Both the position numbers and the translations under genes were made by a program. The notes under the pieces are model-generated. The model saw only the letters and a list, made by a program, of their open reading frames with translations, had not been told where the DNA came from and made no database searches. From Lama glama (Eukaryota), in assembly GCA_028534125.1 (NCBI GenBank), contig CM052817.1:65784001-65848000 (forward strand): a DNA stretch of 64,000 bases, in the 5' to 3' direction. Of this stretch, positions 50,518-61,130 are shown in pieces. Numbering within the stretch: position 1 is the stretch's first letter; every line of letters begins with the position of its first letter.

Positions 50518-52609
50518 TAGGTGACCCTTGAACAACATGGTTTGAACTGTATGGGCCCTTATACATGGATTTTGAAGATGTATGAAACTTGAAAAAACAC
50601 AAACTATAGTGTAGAAATATCAAAAATTAAGAAAAATTTAAGTAGGTTCATAAATGCATAAAATATATGTAGATACTAGGCTATTTTATTATTTACTACT
50701 ATAAAAGATACACAAATCTATTATGAAAAGGTAAAACTTATGCACACAAACAGACTGTATATGGTGCCATTTGCAGTTGGAGGGAGAGAAATGTAAACAA
50801 ATGCAAAGATGCAGGGTTACATTATAACTGCATATAACCAACTGTAGCACACACTGTACTACTGTAAGAATTTCGTGGCCACCACCTGTTGCTACTACAT
50901 GTTACTCAAATGTTGTGAGTATCAGCTTAAAATGCCACCACCACCGTGTGATTCCAATCATCTAAGCATGAGCAGTTCGTCTCTCCAGTAAATTGCCTAT
51001 TGCAGCAAAAAGTGATCTCTCACAATTCTCACATATTTTTCATTGCGTTTAGTGCAATATGGTAAATCTTAAATAACACCAGGCGACCCACACGAAGTGC
51101 CACCTGTGATGCTGGAAGTGCTCCCAAGAAGCAAAGAAAAGCCACAACATTACAAGAAAAAGTTGAATTGCTTGCTATGCATCATAGATTGAGGTCCGCA
51201 GTTGCGATTGCCTGCCATTTCAGGATAAATGAGTACAGCGTAAGTACCATTGTGAAAAAAGGAAAGGAAATTCTTGAAGCCATTACTACAGCTACACCAG
51301 CAGGTACAGAACTCAACTTTTTGCAAAATACCTTTTCTTCTTACATTGAAAATGTAACTTTTATGTGGATGCAGGATTGCTATAAGAAATGCTTACCTAT
51401 AGACTCAAATATGATTTTTAAAAATGAAATCATTACATGAAAACTGAAACCAAAAGGAAGATGAAAGGTGTAAAGCTGGAGAATTTAATGTCAGCAAAGG
51501 ATGGTTTGATAATTTTAGAAAGAGGTTTGGCTTACAAAAAATGTCCAGGTAGTAGCACAGTTGGCCTCTACCGACCAAGGCGCAGTAGACAAGTTCCCAG
51601 ACATTGAGGAGAAAAGATATGTACCTGAACAGGTATTTGATGCAGGTGAAAGTGCCCTATTCTCGGGGGAAAAGTGCCACAAAGAACATTTATTAGTATG
51701 GAAGAGAAGCAAGCACCAGGATTTAAGGCAGGAAGGGATAGGTTAACTCTACTGTTTTGTGCAAATGCAGTCATATTTATGATCAGGACTGCCCTTATCC
51801 ATAAGCTGCTAATCCCCAAGCCTTGAAGGGAAAAGATAAACACCAGCTGCTAGTCTTTTGCTTGTACAACAAGAAGGCCTGCTCAACCAGCACCCTTTTC
51901 TGGACTAGGTCCGTTGATGCTTTCTCCCTGAAGTTGGGAAGTACCTTACTACTAAGGGGCTGCCTTTTAAAGTTCTTTTGATGTTGGACAATGCATCTGG
52001 TCACCCAGAACCCCATGAGTTCAACACCACCAAAGGCACTGATGTGGTCCACTTGCCACTAAACACAGTGTCTCTAATTCAGCCTCTAGATCAGAGCATC
52101 GTAAGGAACTTAAAGGCTCATGACACATGGTGCTTTAGGAGAGGATTATCAACACTGTGGAAGAGAATCTGGATAGAGAGAACATTATGAAAGTTTGGAA
52201 AGATTACACCACTGAAGATGCCATTGTTGCTGTAGAAAAAGCCATGACATCTAGTAGCCCAAAACAATCAATTCCTGCTAGAAAATTCTGTGTCCAGCTG
52301 TTGCACATAAGTTTACAAGACTTATGAGGGAGCTGATCAAGGAAATCATGAAAGAGATTGAGGATTTAGCTGGGGTGGGGTGGGGAGGAGGATACATATT
52401 AAGAAATTCAAGAGCTAATAGGTACAAAACCAGAGGAATTATCAGAAGACAACTTGATAGAGATGTGTGCTTTCAACCAGTGCCAGACAATGAGAAAAAA
52501 GAGGTAGAAGAAATACTGCCCATAAAGCAAATTGACATTAGACAATCGGGCAGAAGGGATCTGATGATTAAGACTGCTTTTGACTTCTTGTATGACATGG
52601 GCCCTTCTA
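50518..52609 (+). mobile_element. Tigger2 DNA transposon, 3'-truncated, with a pseudogenised pogo/CENP-B-like DDE transposase
   Basis: Left TIR taggtgacccttgaacaacatggtttgaactg follows a TA. Peptide remnants: KATTLQEKVELL (HTH), EQVFDAGESALF, LDNASGHP, LPLNTVSLIQPLDQ. Start codon degraded to agg at 51081; many frameshifts. Confidence 0.92.
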
Positions 52610-53311
52610 GACATCATTTGCGTATTTCCCTACTGCTAATTTGAGTCCATCAATCCTACTATTTCAGCTCCAAGAAATAAAATGATAAATAAGAATTGTC
52701 TCCCACAGAGGCAAGTGAGTTCTTAGTTGAAATCCTGGGACATTTCAAAAACCAGATCCTAAAATCTGTAGAGTTCATTTCTTTTTCTCTTCCACAAACT
52801 CACTTCACATCCAAAGAATCAATCAATATTCAAGTTCAGCCGCACTAAACCAAGCCATATGTTAATTCAATTCTACTTGAATGGCTTTTACATAATCCCT
52901 TGGCAGGGGCCTTGTCAAAAATCTTTGCTCAACAATTTCTGGGATAGTGCTGACATTCAGTTGACGGTGAGTATTATAATTAATATCATAATAACAATAA
53001 CACACAAGGAAAATACATACCTCTTGCAGTTTGCAAAAATACTGGGCTGCAACTAACACAGAATTTTAATTCAGAATCAACAATAGAAAGAGAGATCAGA
53101 AGGCAGCAAGAGCAATTGGCTTCAACGAACTTACAAACAGCCTTAACTGCAAGAAAAATAATACTTATTAGGCAAGCTCTCCTATAGGGGACAACTAAAT
53201 CAAGCAAGATCATTTTGTGTTCCTAATGCATGCACTTGATCATAGTGAAGGCTGATGTTTTAGCAGCTACATGAAACCAAACCTCTATCTGAAGGTGAAA
53301 GGGGTTGGAAA

Positions 53312-53336
53312 TGTGTGTGTGTGTGTGTGTGTGTAT
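53312..53336. repeat. (TG)n microsatellite
   Basis: Direct reading of the sequence. Confidence 0.9.
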
Positions 53337-53748
53337 GTCTTTTTGTATATTTTTTAATGCTCAAAAATGTTGATGGATTAGTGAGAAAAGAAGAAATAGT
53401 AATAAAATACTTTTGTGACTGAAAAAGATTATTTGTCTAATTAATGAAACAAGTTACACACCTCTATCTCCTTAGTTCCGCAACAGGATGAAGTACTGGC
53501 ATAAAGAGGATTAATAAACATTCCCTAAAGATGCAAAGTCATTGATTTCCACCCCCACCCTCCACCCTTTGCAGAGCAGCCAACACCTCCTCAAGCTAGG
53601 AGCACACATCTAACTTTGCCAGCAAAAGAAAAAAAACTTCTGGCCTACATTTCACAGAAACACCTGTCAAAAAGTCCCAAAGCAAGAAGGATTTTCCTCA
53701 AATCCAGGTTTTATCTGAAAGACGTTTTTTTTTTTTTCAGTCCCTAAT

Positions 53749-53925
53749 CAGTGATGCTCCAAGTGTGGTCCCTGAACAATAACATCAGCATCACCCGAGA
53801 CCTTGTTAGAAAGGCAGATTCTCCTACTTCACTCGGATTTACTGAATCAGAAACTCTGGGCAGGGGCCAGGAAATCTCTGTTTCAACAAGCCCTCTAGAC
53901 GAGGCTGACACATGTTCAGGTTAAA
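53749..53925 (+). mobile_element. MER5A hAT-Charlie MITE
   Basis: cagtgatgctccaagtgtggtccc...catcagcatcacc...ttgttagaaa...tactgaatcagaaactctggg...aacaagccctc. Confidence 0.85.
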
Positions 53926-54269
53926 GTTGTTTCTCCAGGTTCCACATCCTCTTCCACCACCTCCAAGAAAAATAACTGGCAGAGATCTTTTATGTAACTG
54001 TGGCAAGTTTCTCATCCTGCTCCATTATTTTTTTTAGTTAATTATTCTTCATGGTGGAGTCATATTTCCCTCTTGTCACTTTACACAACCTTATTCAAAC
54101 AGGATATAATCTCCCACTAGAGATCATTGAATACAAGAAAAGTTTTGTCTGCCCAAAAGGCTTGTCAATATCTATTAAATTGCATTAGGGCCACCACGAA
54201 GAACGACAGAACTTCCACAACCCAATCCTACTCCAGAACAACTCACCACAGCAATACCTTGCCCCCAAA

Positions 54270-54838
54270 ACCCACTTGTACGTATTATGTGAATTTGCAC
54301 TTAAGGTATCTATGGACGAGATTCTGTGGCCATGTTCCTGATTTCTAGACAATAAAATGTGGAGGAAAACATTAATGTGTGACATTTCTGGGTCCAGACC
54401 TTTAAGAAGACGTTGGTCCTTTTCTCCATCCACACACTGGCTGCAGACAACAGGGGGCTGCAGGCCTGGAACAGTGGTTCCCAAATTTCCCTGCACCGGA
54501 ATCACCAGGAGGGCTTTCTAAAATGCTAATTGCCAGCCCCTACCCCTAGGGTTTCTAATTCAGTAAGACTAGTGTGAGAATTTGCATTTCTAATGAGGTC
54601 CTAAGTGATGCTGATGCCACTGGTCCTGGGACCACACCTGGAGAACCATTGGCTTAGACAATGGTGGAGCCAAAAGAAGGGACCTGCTTCCCTAAGTAGC
54701 CACATAGAGGAGAACTGATGGCTGATCAAAGGCTTGAAACTTGTTCTCCATATGAGCAAGAAATAAACTCCTGCTGGTTCTGAGGCAGTGTGCAAGGGTC
54801 TATTTCTCACCACAGTTTATTTTATTCTTAACTAAGAA
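54270..54838 (+). mobile_element. MLT1J-like MaLR LTR, split by MER5A
   Basis: tgtggccatgt...ttctagacaataaaatgtg...[MER5A]...atggtggagcc...tgagcaagaaataaact...cttaactaa. Confidence 0.7.
54472..54651 (-). mobile_element. MER5A/MER5A1 MITE nested in MLT1J
   Basis: cagtggttcccaaa...gatgctgatgccactggtcctgggaccacacctggagaaccattg. Degenerate 8-bp TSD gcctggaa/gcttagac. Confidence 0.85.
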
Positions 54839-55099
54839 TATTGCTTAGAAAAGTAGATTTTGACATCTTTGAGGTTCTATATAAAAACATATTTATAACA
54901 TTCATTAATATGAAACCATAAATACACTAAACAAAACATATCAAATAGTGAAATGTTACACATCTTAAATTAGAAATAATTGATTTCTATGTTTTTATCT
55001 TTTGTTCATTATAGAATTTTTTTTAGTGTTTATATCCCCCAGAGTTTCAACAAGATCCTTATGAACCCAGCTTACTCAGTGCAACAAGACATTTTGTTC

Positions 55100-55480
55100 T
55101 GTCTAGTTTTCCATCAGTCAGTGTCCTTTTGTGAAACCACCAGGACAAGGTTGTATCTAATTTACGTTTACTTTCTTGGTCCCTAACACAGTGCCTGACA
55201 CGTGGCTGAGATTCAAAAATACATTTATGAGATAAAAAAATAATAAAGTATGGAAATGGACAAAGGAATTATATTTTTAAAACTTGATTTTGTTGATTAC
55301 CAAATTTTAGGTTCCATTAAGTTCCACAGATGCACTCAACAAATACTTCTTAAAAGTAGTCCAGGCACTGTTCTGATGCCAGGTGAAAAAATGTGGACAG
55401 AGAGTCAAGGACACTGCTCTCAAAGAGTTTATAGCCTATGAAAAAAGGACATAAATAAGCAAATATTTTAATGCAATGCA
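55100..55480. mobile_element. Two L2 3'-end fragments, tail to tail (+ about 55100-55235, - about 55325-55480)
   Basis: taacacagtgcctgacacgtgg on +; cactcaacaaatac...ccaggcactgttctg...ctgctctcaaagagtttatagccta on -. Confidence 0.6.
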
Positions 55481-55934
55481 AACAAATAGAAACAAAGTAA
55501 AAGAATTAAAAATGAGTGGTAGATTCATTCAGAAAATTAAAATAGGATGCTCTTCTCTAAAATTCTTGACATAGACAAAAGTACTGGACAGACTATTCGG
55601 CACTGGAAATGAAAAAAATCTCTATTGTACCAGTAGTGCTTATTAATAGGTCCCTGTACCAACAGCTTTCACCCATGGTTAGTTTGACAGAGCACATAGG
55701 ATGTAGCAGACACTCTGCCTTGGCTTTGTCAGCCTTCAGTTCAAGTCCTTACTCCCTGAACTCCCAGAGACGGAAGAAGAGGGTTTTAAGTCTGGTCAAC
55801 GTTGTCAGACCCTTTTTTAAATCTCAGAAGGCTATGCAGCAGAAAAAATTGTCCCCATTTTATGATCTGGGATTTCTCTCTTTCCCTACTGTCAGTTTAT
55901 CTTATAAATACTTTGCCTGGAATCATGCTTGATT

Positions 55935-56125
55935 CATATGTGGTTATGAACCCCAGATTTGGGATCAGAAATGTTTCAAGTCACTCAATTAATTACATGG
56001 CATTGGGTAAGTCTATACTGTCTAGTATTTCTTTACTTGTTGAATGAAGTAATAGTAATGTCTATTTCATAGGATTTGGGGGAAGATTACAGGAGACAAT
56101 TGTATGTAAAACAATTATATTGCAA
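55935..56125 (+). mobile_element. MIR SINE
   Basis: ttgggtaagtc...gtaatagtaatgtctatttcataggattt...gaagattacaggagacaattgtatgtaaaa. Confidence 0.6.
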
Positions 56126-56469
56126 ATAATCATTCAAGTTGTGACATTCCAATGAGGACAAAGACTAAGTTCGGAAGGAGTGAGAAAATAAGGCAGTCAC
56201 AGCAAAAGAGTATCAGAACTTGAGACCACAGTGGTAAAACCAGTCTGGATGTCAGTTTTACAGTGAGGTTATTGTGATGAGTGGCTGACATGGAATGGAA
56301 TAGAAAAGCATACAAGCCAAGCAACTGTGAGCCAAGGTGTTGGGTGTCGAATACAACAATGATGATGACAGAGTAGGGGTCAAGTGTCAAAGTTATTAAG
56401 AATATGGAAATGTGAAGTCAGCAGATGACTCTCAAAAAACATGTTCTTAACAAAAATGTGTTCTTCAGT

Positions 56470-56720
56470 CAGTTTCCTCTATTATATGCTCTTATAGCAT
56501 CTAGTGTCTTCCTTTGTGACACTCATCTAAATTGTACTTAATTCCTTTATTTACTTATTTATTTGTGTCCATCTGTGAGAATAAGCTTCTTGATTATTTG
56601 AACCAAGTATCTCTCATTCCCAAGCAATTATACTTGCTTGTAAAATACAGCAGAAATCTTACTTAATGTTGGGTGAGCGGATGGGTGGGTAGATGGATAA
56701 ACGGATGGATTAACCGGTAG
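56470..56720 (+). mobile_element. L2 3' end with a (GGAT)n-like tail
   Basis: tgctcttatagcatc...tgtgacactcat...aagcttcttga...gcggatgggtgggtagatggataaacggatggat. Confidence 0.55.
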
Positions 56721-57009
56721 ATAAACAAGTAAGAGATACTATTAAAAATAAATGATATCAAGATCAAAAGAGGAGAGCTTTCAAAATCAAGTCAATAGAA
56801 TGATTATCTACAAAACACAATGGTACCTAAGAATCTAGGTGCCCTTGATGATGAGTTACTACTTCCTACTTCCCTGTCTAGTCTCCATTTCCTCTTTCTC
56901 AGAAAACCTCACCTCAAGAAATGTATTTGATAATTAATGACTGGAGGAAGTGTCTTTATAGCCCCGCCAAGGATACTCCTAGAATCTCTGAGCATCGTTT
57001 ATCACCTTG

Positions 57010-57330
57010 GCAATATATATATACAGTTTAAAATGTACATGACTTTAAGGCAACAATTCCATTTCTAGTAATTTATCCTACAGAAATACTGATTCAAGTG
57101 TGTGTGTGATGTGTATACAAAGGTTTTCTTTGTTATGTCATTTTTAATACTAAAAACAGAATGATACTAAATGTTCAAAAATCGAAGATTTGTTAAATAT
57201 ATGACACCTTCATTCAACTGAATTTTATACATCCTGACTTGTAAATACATCCATGATACACCATTACTATTACATTAAAGTATGTATAAAATATGGAATA
57301 ATCTGTGTTAGGATGGCCACATTTTTAGGT
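57010..57330 (+). mobile_element. L1ME 3' fragment
   Basis: ttggcaatat...caacaattccatttctagtaatttatcctacagaaatact...tgtatacaaagg...ctaaatgttca. Confidence 0.65.
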
Positions 57331-59845
57331 ATATAAATGCGTGTTGCAGGGGCAAATCGTTCTGAATAGCACTTAGAGAGGTTTTTTCAACCTTTCTTTT
57401 TATCTCCCCTTTTTCTCCCAGTTTTTGTCATATCTTATTAAGGGGGAGTGTTCTTTGGTGAGATAGAATAAAAACAAAAAGTGAGACTTCCATAGCATAA
57501 CACACAAGTATTTGCCAAGCAAGATCATCAATATTAGCCACAAAAAATGCTGGTTTCGGCTTGTGCCTATTTCACGCTGACGCTTCAGAATTTCCAGCTT
57601 TGCAGAATTCAGGAGCCAAGAGGCAAACCCTGTCCTCCTTCTCTAGGTGATGCCCAGGCACTTGAGCATGAAGGTTTTTAATAATAGGGAAGTAACAGGG
57701 ATGACCAGAGGCTAGTGGAAGCGGAGGAGGAGAAGTACACCAGGCAGAGGCAGAGTCTCTGTGGCTACAAAGTGGGATCTTTATGAACTGACAGGTGACA
57801 TGAAGAAATGCTTTGCATTCGATAGAGCACATGGGATGTAGCAGACGACGGATACAGGATGGGTGGACTCAGGATGCCAGAAGTAAGTGTGTCAATTGTG
57901 GTCCACACTTCCAAGGAGCTCCTGGTGTGACAAAGTGGTAAGATCTATGTTTACATATATAGTTGTATATGCAAAAGAAAATCTTAAAATCTACAAACCA
58001 AGCTGTTAGCAGTGATTGTTTTTGTGAAGAGGGCAGTTTAACTCTGGTTGGGAAGGGCAAACGTTAGTGGGACGCAGACCTTAAGGAAATGATGACACAA
58101 AGGAGGGAAATTCATAAACTTCTGCATTGTTTCCTTGGTGTACAACAATCACCTTCCGTAATTTAAAAATGAAGGGAGAATTTTTAAAAGAGCTCAGCCA
58201 AACTTTTCCTTGCTCATCCACGAACTAGGCCTGAGCAGGAGAGGCCCAAGTGCCAGCTTCAGTTTCCTGAGGGTGAGACATTTGCCGTTATAGTTACCCC
58301 AAAATTCAGAGTGAAATGGTTCTGAAATCTTACTAGAAAAGCAATTGTTCGATTCTCCTGGAAAAGATCATTTAGCTGTGCAAACAAATAAAACAGGCAT
58401 GTTTTCACGATCACTTATACAAAGAGACAAAGGACATCACACACAGCGCCCCTCCCACATCCTACAATCTCTAGAATGACTCTGCTCACTGACACAGCAC
58501 AAGAATGGATACTTTCTACTACCACCTAGTTCAATTAGCTTGAGATCTTTCAAAATAAGAAATTCTGTGAGTATCTATGCTATTCAAAGACTCCCAGCTA
58601 TATAGTGAACAAGTTACTCCTTTTACGTAAATGGACTCCCAAGGTTTTCGACATTAAAGTCACAAAGATTACCACCTCGTAACAAGCTACAAGACTCTAT
58701 GCTCCTATTTCTACACTAGATTGAAAGTACATAGAAGACCAGATAGAGTTTTTTTTTTTTTTAACTTCCTATAGCACTAAGTAGAGTGCATTGCCAAAAA
58801 GAGACACAACTTCAGTTGGTGAAGACAAAATTCATCACACAGAAATGACAAGGCAACTGCTCTTGCTTGGGCTTTTTGTACGTACATTTTTAAGTCTGGC
58901 CACTGATGAAGTGTAATGTTTCAGTTCTTCTGTTCATCCAGCACCTGCTTTTTGGAAGCCTAATTTATGAGGACACCTACTGCAAAGTGGGGAAAAGGAG
59001 AAGGGGTAAAAACTCAACCAACAGATTTGGTTTTTATAAATAACTCTATGGGAATGCTGGCTGAGGATTATGTGTTTAATGCATGGCCCGCGTGGTATCT
59101 GCTCATCAAACCGCGGTTGAACAAGGCTCGGCTAGCCTCAGCATTGTCAGTCCTCTTAATTCCTCTTTCCTAGTTTCACCTGGAAACGCCCCTGATGGTG
59201 ACCCAACAAATAAGCAAGTGCCAGATTATCAAAATCACAGGAAAAGTACCTCATGGTGATTATTTGCTCTTAAAATATTGAAAGAGTGCATATCAGATAC
59301 TTAGTTTGAAAAATACTTCAAAAAGTTTGAAATTTACACATCTATGAAACAGCTTCCCCATACGTCAGCCAGAGAGAATGGCTCTGAAATGAAAAAACTC
59401 GTGACTGGGTGTGGGAGGAAAAAGACTAAAATTAGAGAGACCAGCAGACTCTAATATTAGGGATTTATTCTGAAAATGCCACTTTTAATGAGAACTAACA
59501 AGGAAATTTTCTAAAAATGAATTGACTTGTTTAGTATGTTGAACTTTTGTCCTAACCTAACAGGAGAAATAGCTGGCCTTTCCGCACATTATTTTTGAAG
59601 ATGTACAGTCAGATTCAGAAAAAAGCAATATTCATCCACTTACTCATGTAGAGAAGAAAAATTAATATTCGGTCTAAAGAGCGGAGAGACTGATCAGGAC
59701 AGAGGTAGGGTGAAAATAAAGAAACCAAGAGAGATACTCTTGATCTGTCTGTCTGTGGCTTCTAAGACCCTCCTGAGCTTTCAGCTAAATAGTTAACACA
59801 CACACAGAATTAGATATAACATCCTGCATTTAGAAGGGGTTCTGT

Positions 59846-59859
59846 GTCACCATGGTAAC
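59846..59859. promoter_or_regulatory. Candidate RFX X-box
   Basis: GTCACCATGGTAAC matches GTNRCC(N0-3)RGYAAC and lies in apparently non-repeat sequence. Confidence 0.4.
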
Positions 59860-60515
59860 CGGTTTTGCTTAAACATAGCTCTGCATGTACGTACAATCCA
59901 AATTAGCTATGGAAGAGAGACACACACAATATTCCTGGAGCTTATATAAAATCTGCCTGTATGTTAACATTTTTCTGAAATGGAGTATTTGCGTTTATGT
60001 TTGTAAATGCTCTTTCTTTAAAATTTCCCTTTCTAGATAGTGTGTCTCTGAGCACTCAGTTGTTATAATCCTGGAAGTAATATTATAGATCAAATTTCAG
60101 GTGATAATCAATATGTGAAAAGAGCAATCTGTCTGTGCTGGATTTTATCATTCAGTGCTCAATACAGAGAATGAGAATGGTAAAACCGACCCCTTTGGCT
60201 TCTTACCTTTCAAATGTTATTTTATTTGGCTCATCCTTGCGGAGTATTTTGGATCATTTTTCTTGAAAGATTATCCCTAAATAGCATTCCCAGCCCCACT
60301 GACTCCTCTTTATGATGAAGCTGCTAAGAAAACAACTTAAGCAAATTTAAAGAACTTTTTAAAAGAAAGGAAGTTGCCACAGCATGGTATCCTAACTGAG
60401 AAATAGCCCCAACATTCTGCTAATAATCTTTACTTGAAGATTAAATTAAAAGAAAAGAAAAATAATTTATGGATTGAACTCCATTGCATGACACTGTTAA
60501 AAGCATGTGATATTT

Positions 60516-60560
60516 TGTGTGTGTGTGTGTGCGCGTGCACGCGCACACACGCATGTGTGC
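60516..60560. repeat. (TG)/(CG)/(CA) alternating tract containing a perfect 26-bp palindrome
   Basis: gtgtgtgcgcgtgcacgcgcacacac (60525-60550) is its own reverse complement. Confidence 0.9.
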
Positions 60561-60879
60561 TTTTTCAAGGCTCTATTTCTTTCTGGGATTTTTTTCCCTT
60601 TATTTTCTGAGAAGAGAATTAAATATGATGCACTGTGGGAGAATTAAATATGATTACATCATTGGCTGTTTTACAATTTTTAGGACCACACTGATTTTTA
60701 TACTAAGATGGTATGATGGCCTTAGTGTTAGTGACTATTTGTCTGAAGAGGGGGAAAATCAATCATGACATTTTTCCCTCCTGAACACCAGTGAAATTAG
60801 CCTTCTGCTTTTGGCTACAGGATGTATTTTCAAAGTTTAACCAGTGGCTGTAGCTGTGTCCCTTCTATTCAAAGGAAAA

Positions 60880-61130
60880 TAGCTACCAGTTAATTGAACC
60901 CCAACTGTGTACCAGGCACTTGGTGGGAAATTTAGCATGTCATGTCATTTGATTATTACAAAACCTTGCAAGGTTGGTGTCATTATCTCCACTTCAAAAA
61001 AGGAAACTAGTGCTCAGAGGGGTTAAGTTATTTTCTCTACTTCACACAGCTCACAATTCGGCAAAGGTGAGATACAATGCAGATTCCAGGATACACTTGG
61101 TCAGAAGATACTCAGCTCATTTCTAAAGAT
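60880..61130 (-). mobile_element. MIR SINE
   Basis: tgtaccaggcact...aaccttgcaaggttggtgtcattatctccactt...ggaaact...ctcagaggggttaagtta...cacacagct. Confidence 0.75.

Noticed and set aside
51081..52609. Domesticated TIGD/CENP-B-like gene
   Set aside because: The start codon is lost, there are multiple frameshifts and stops, the first catalytic motif is degraded, and the 3' end is truncated.
60200..60330. Minus-strand exon-like segment with an AAG|GTAAGA donor
   Set aside because: Stops occur in all three frames from the nearest acceptor, and nothing supports transcription.
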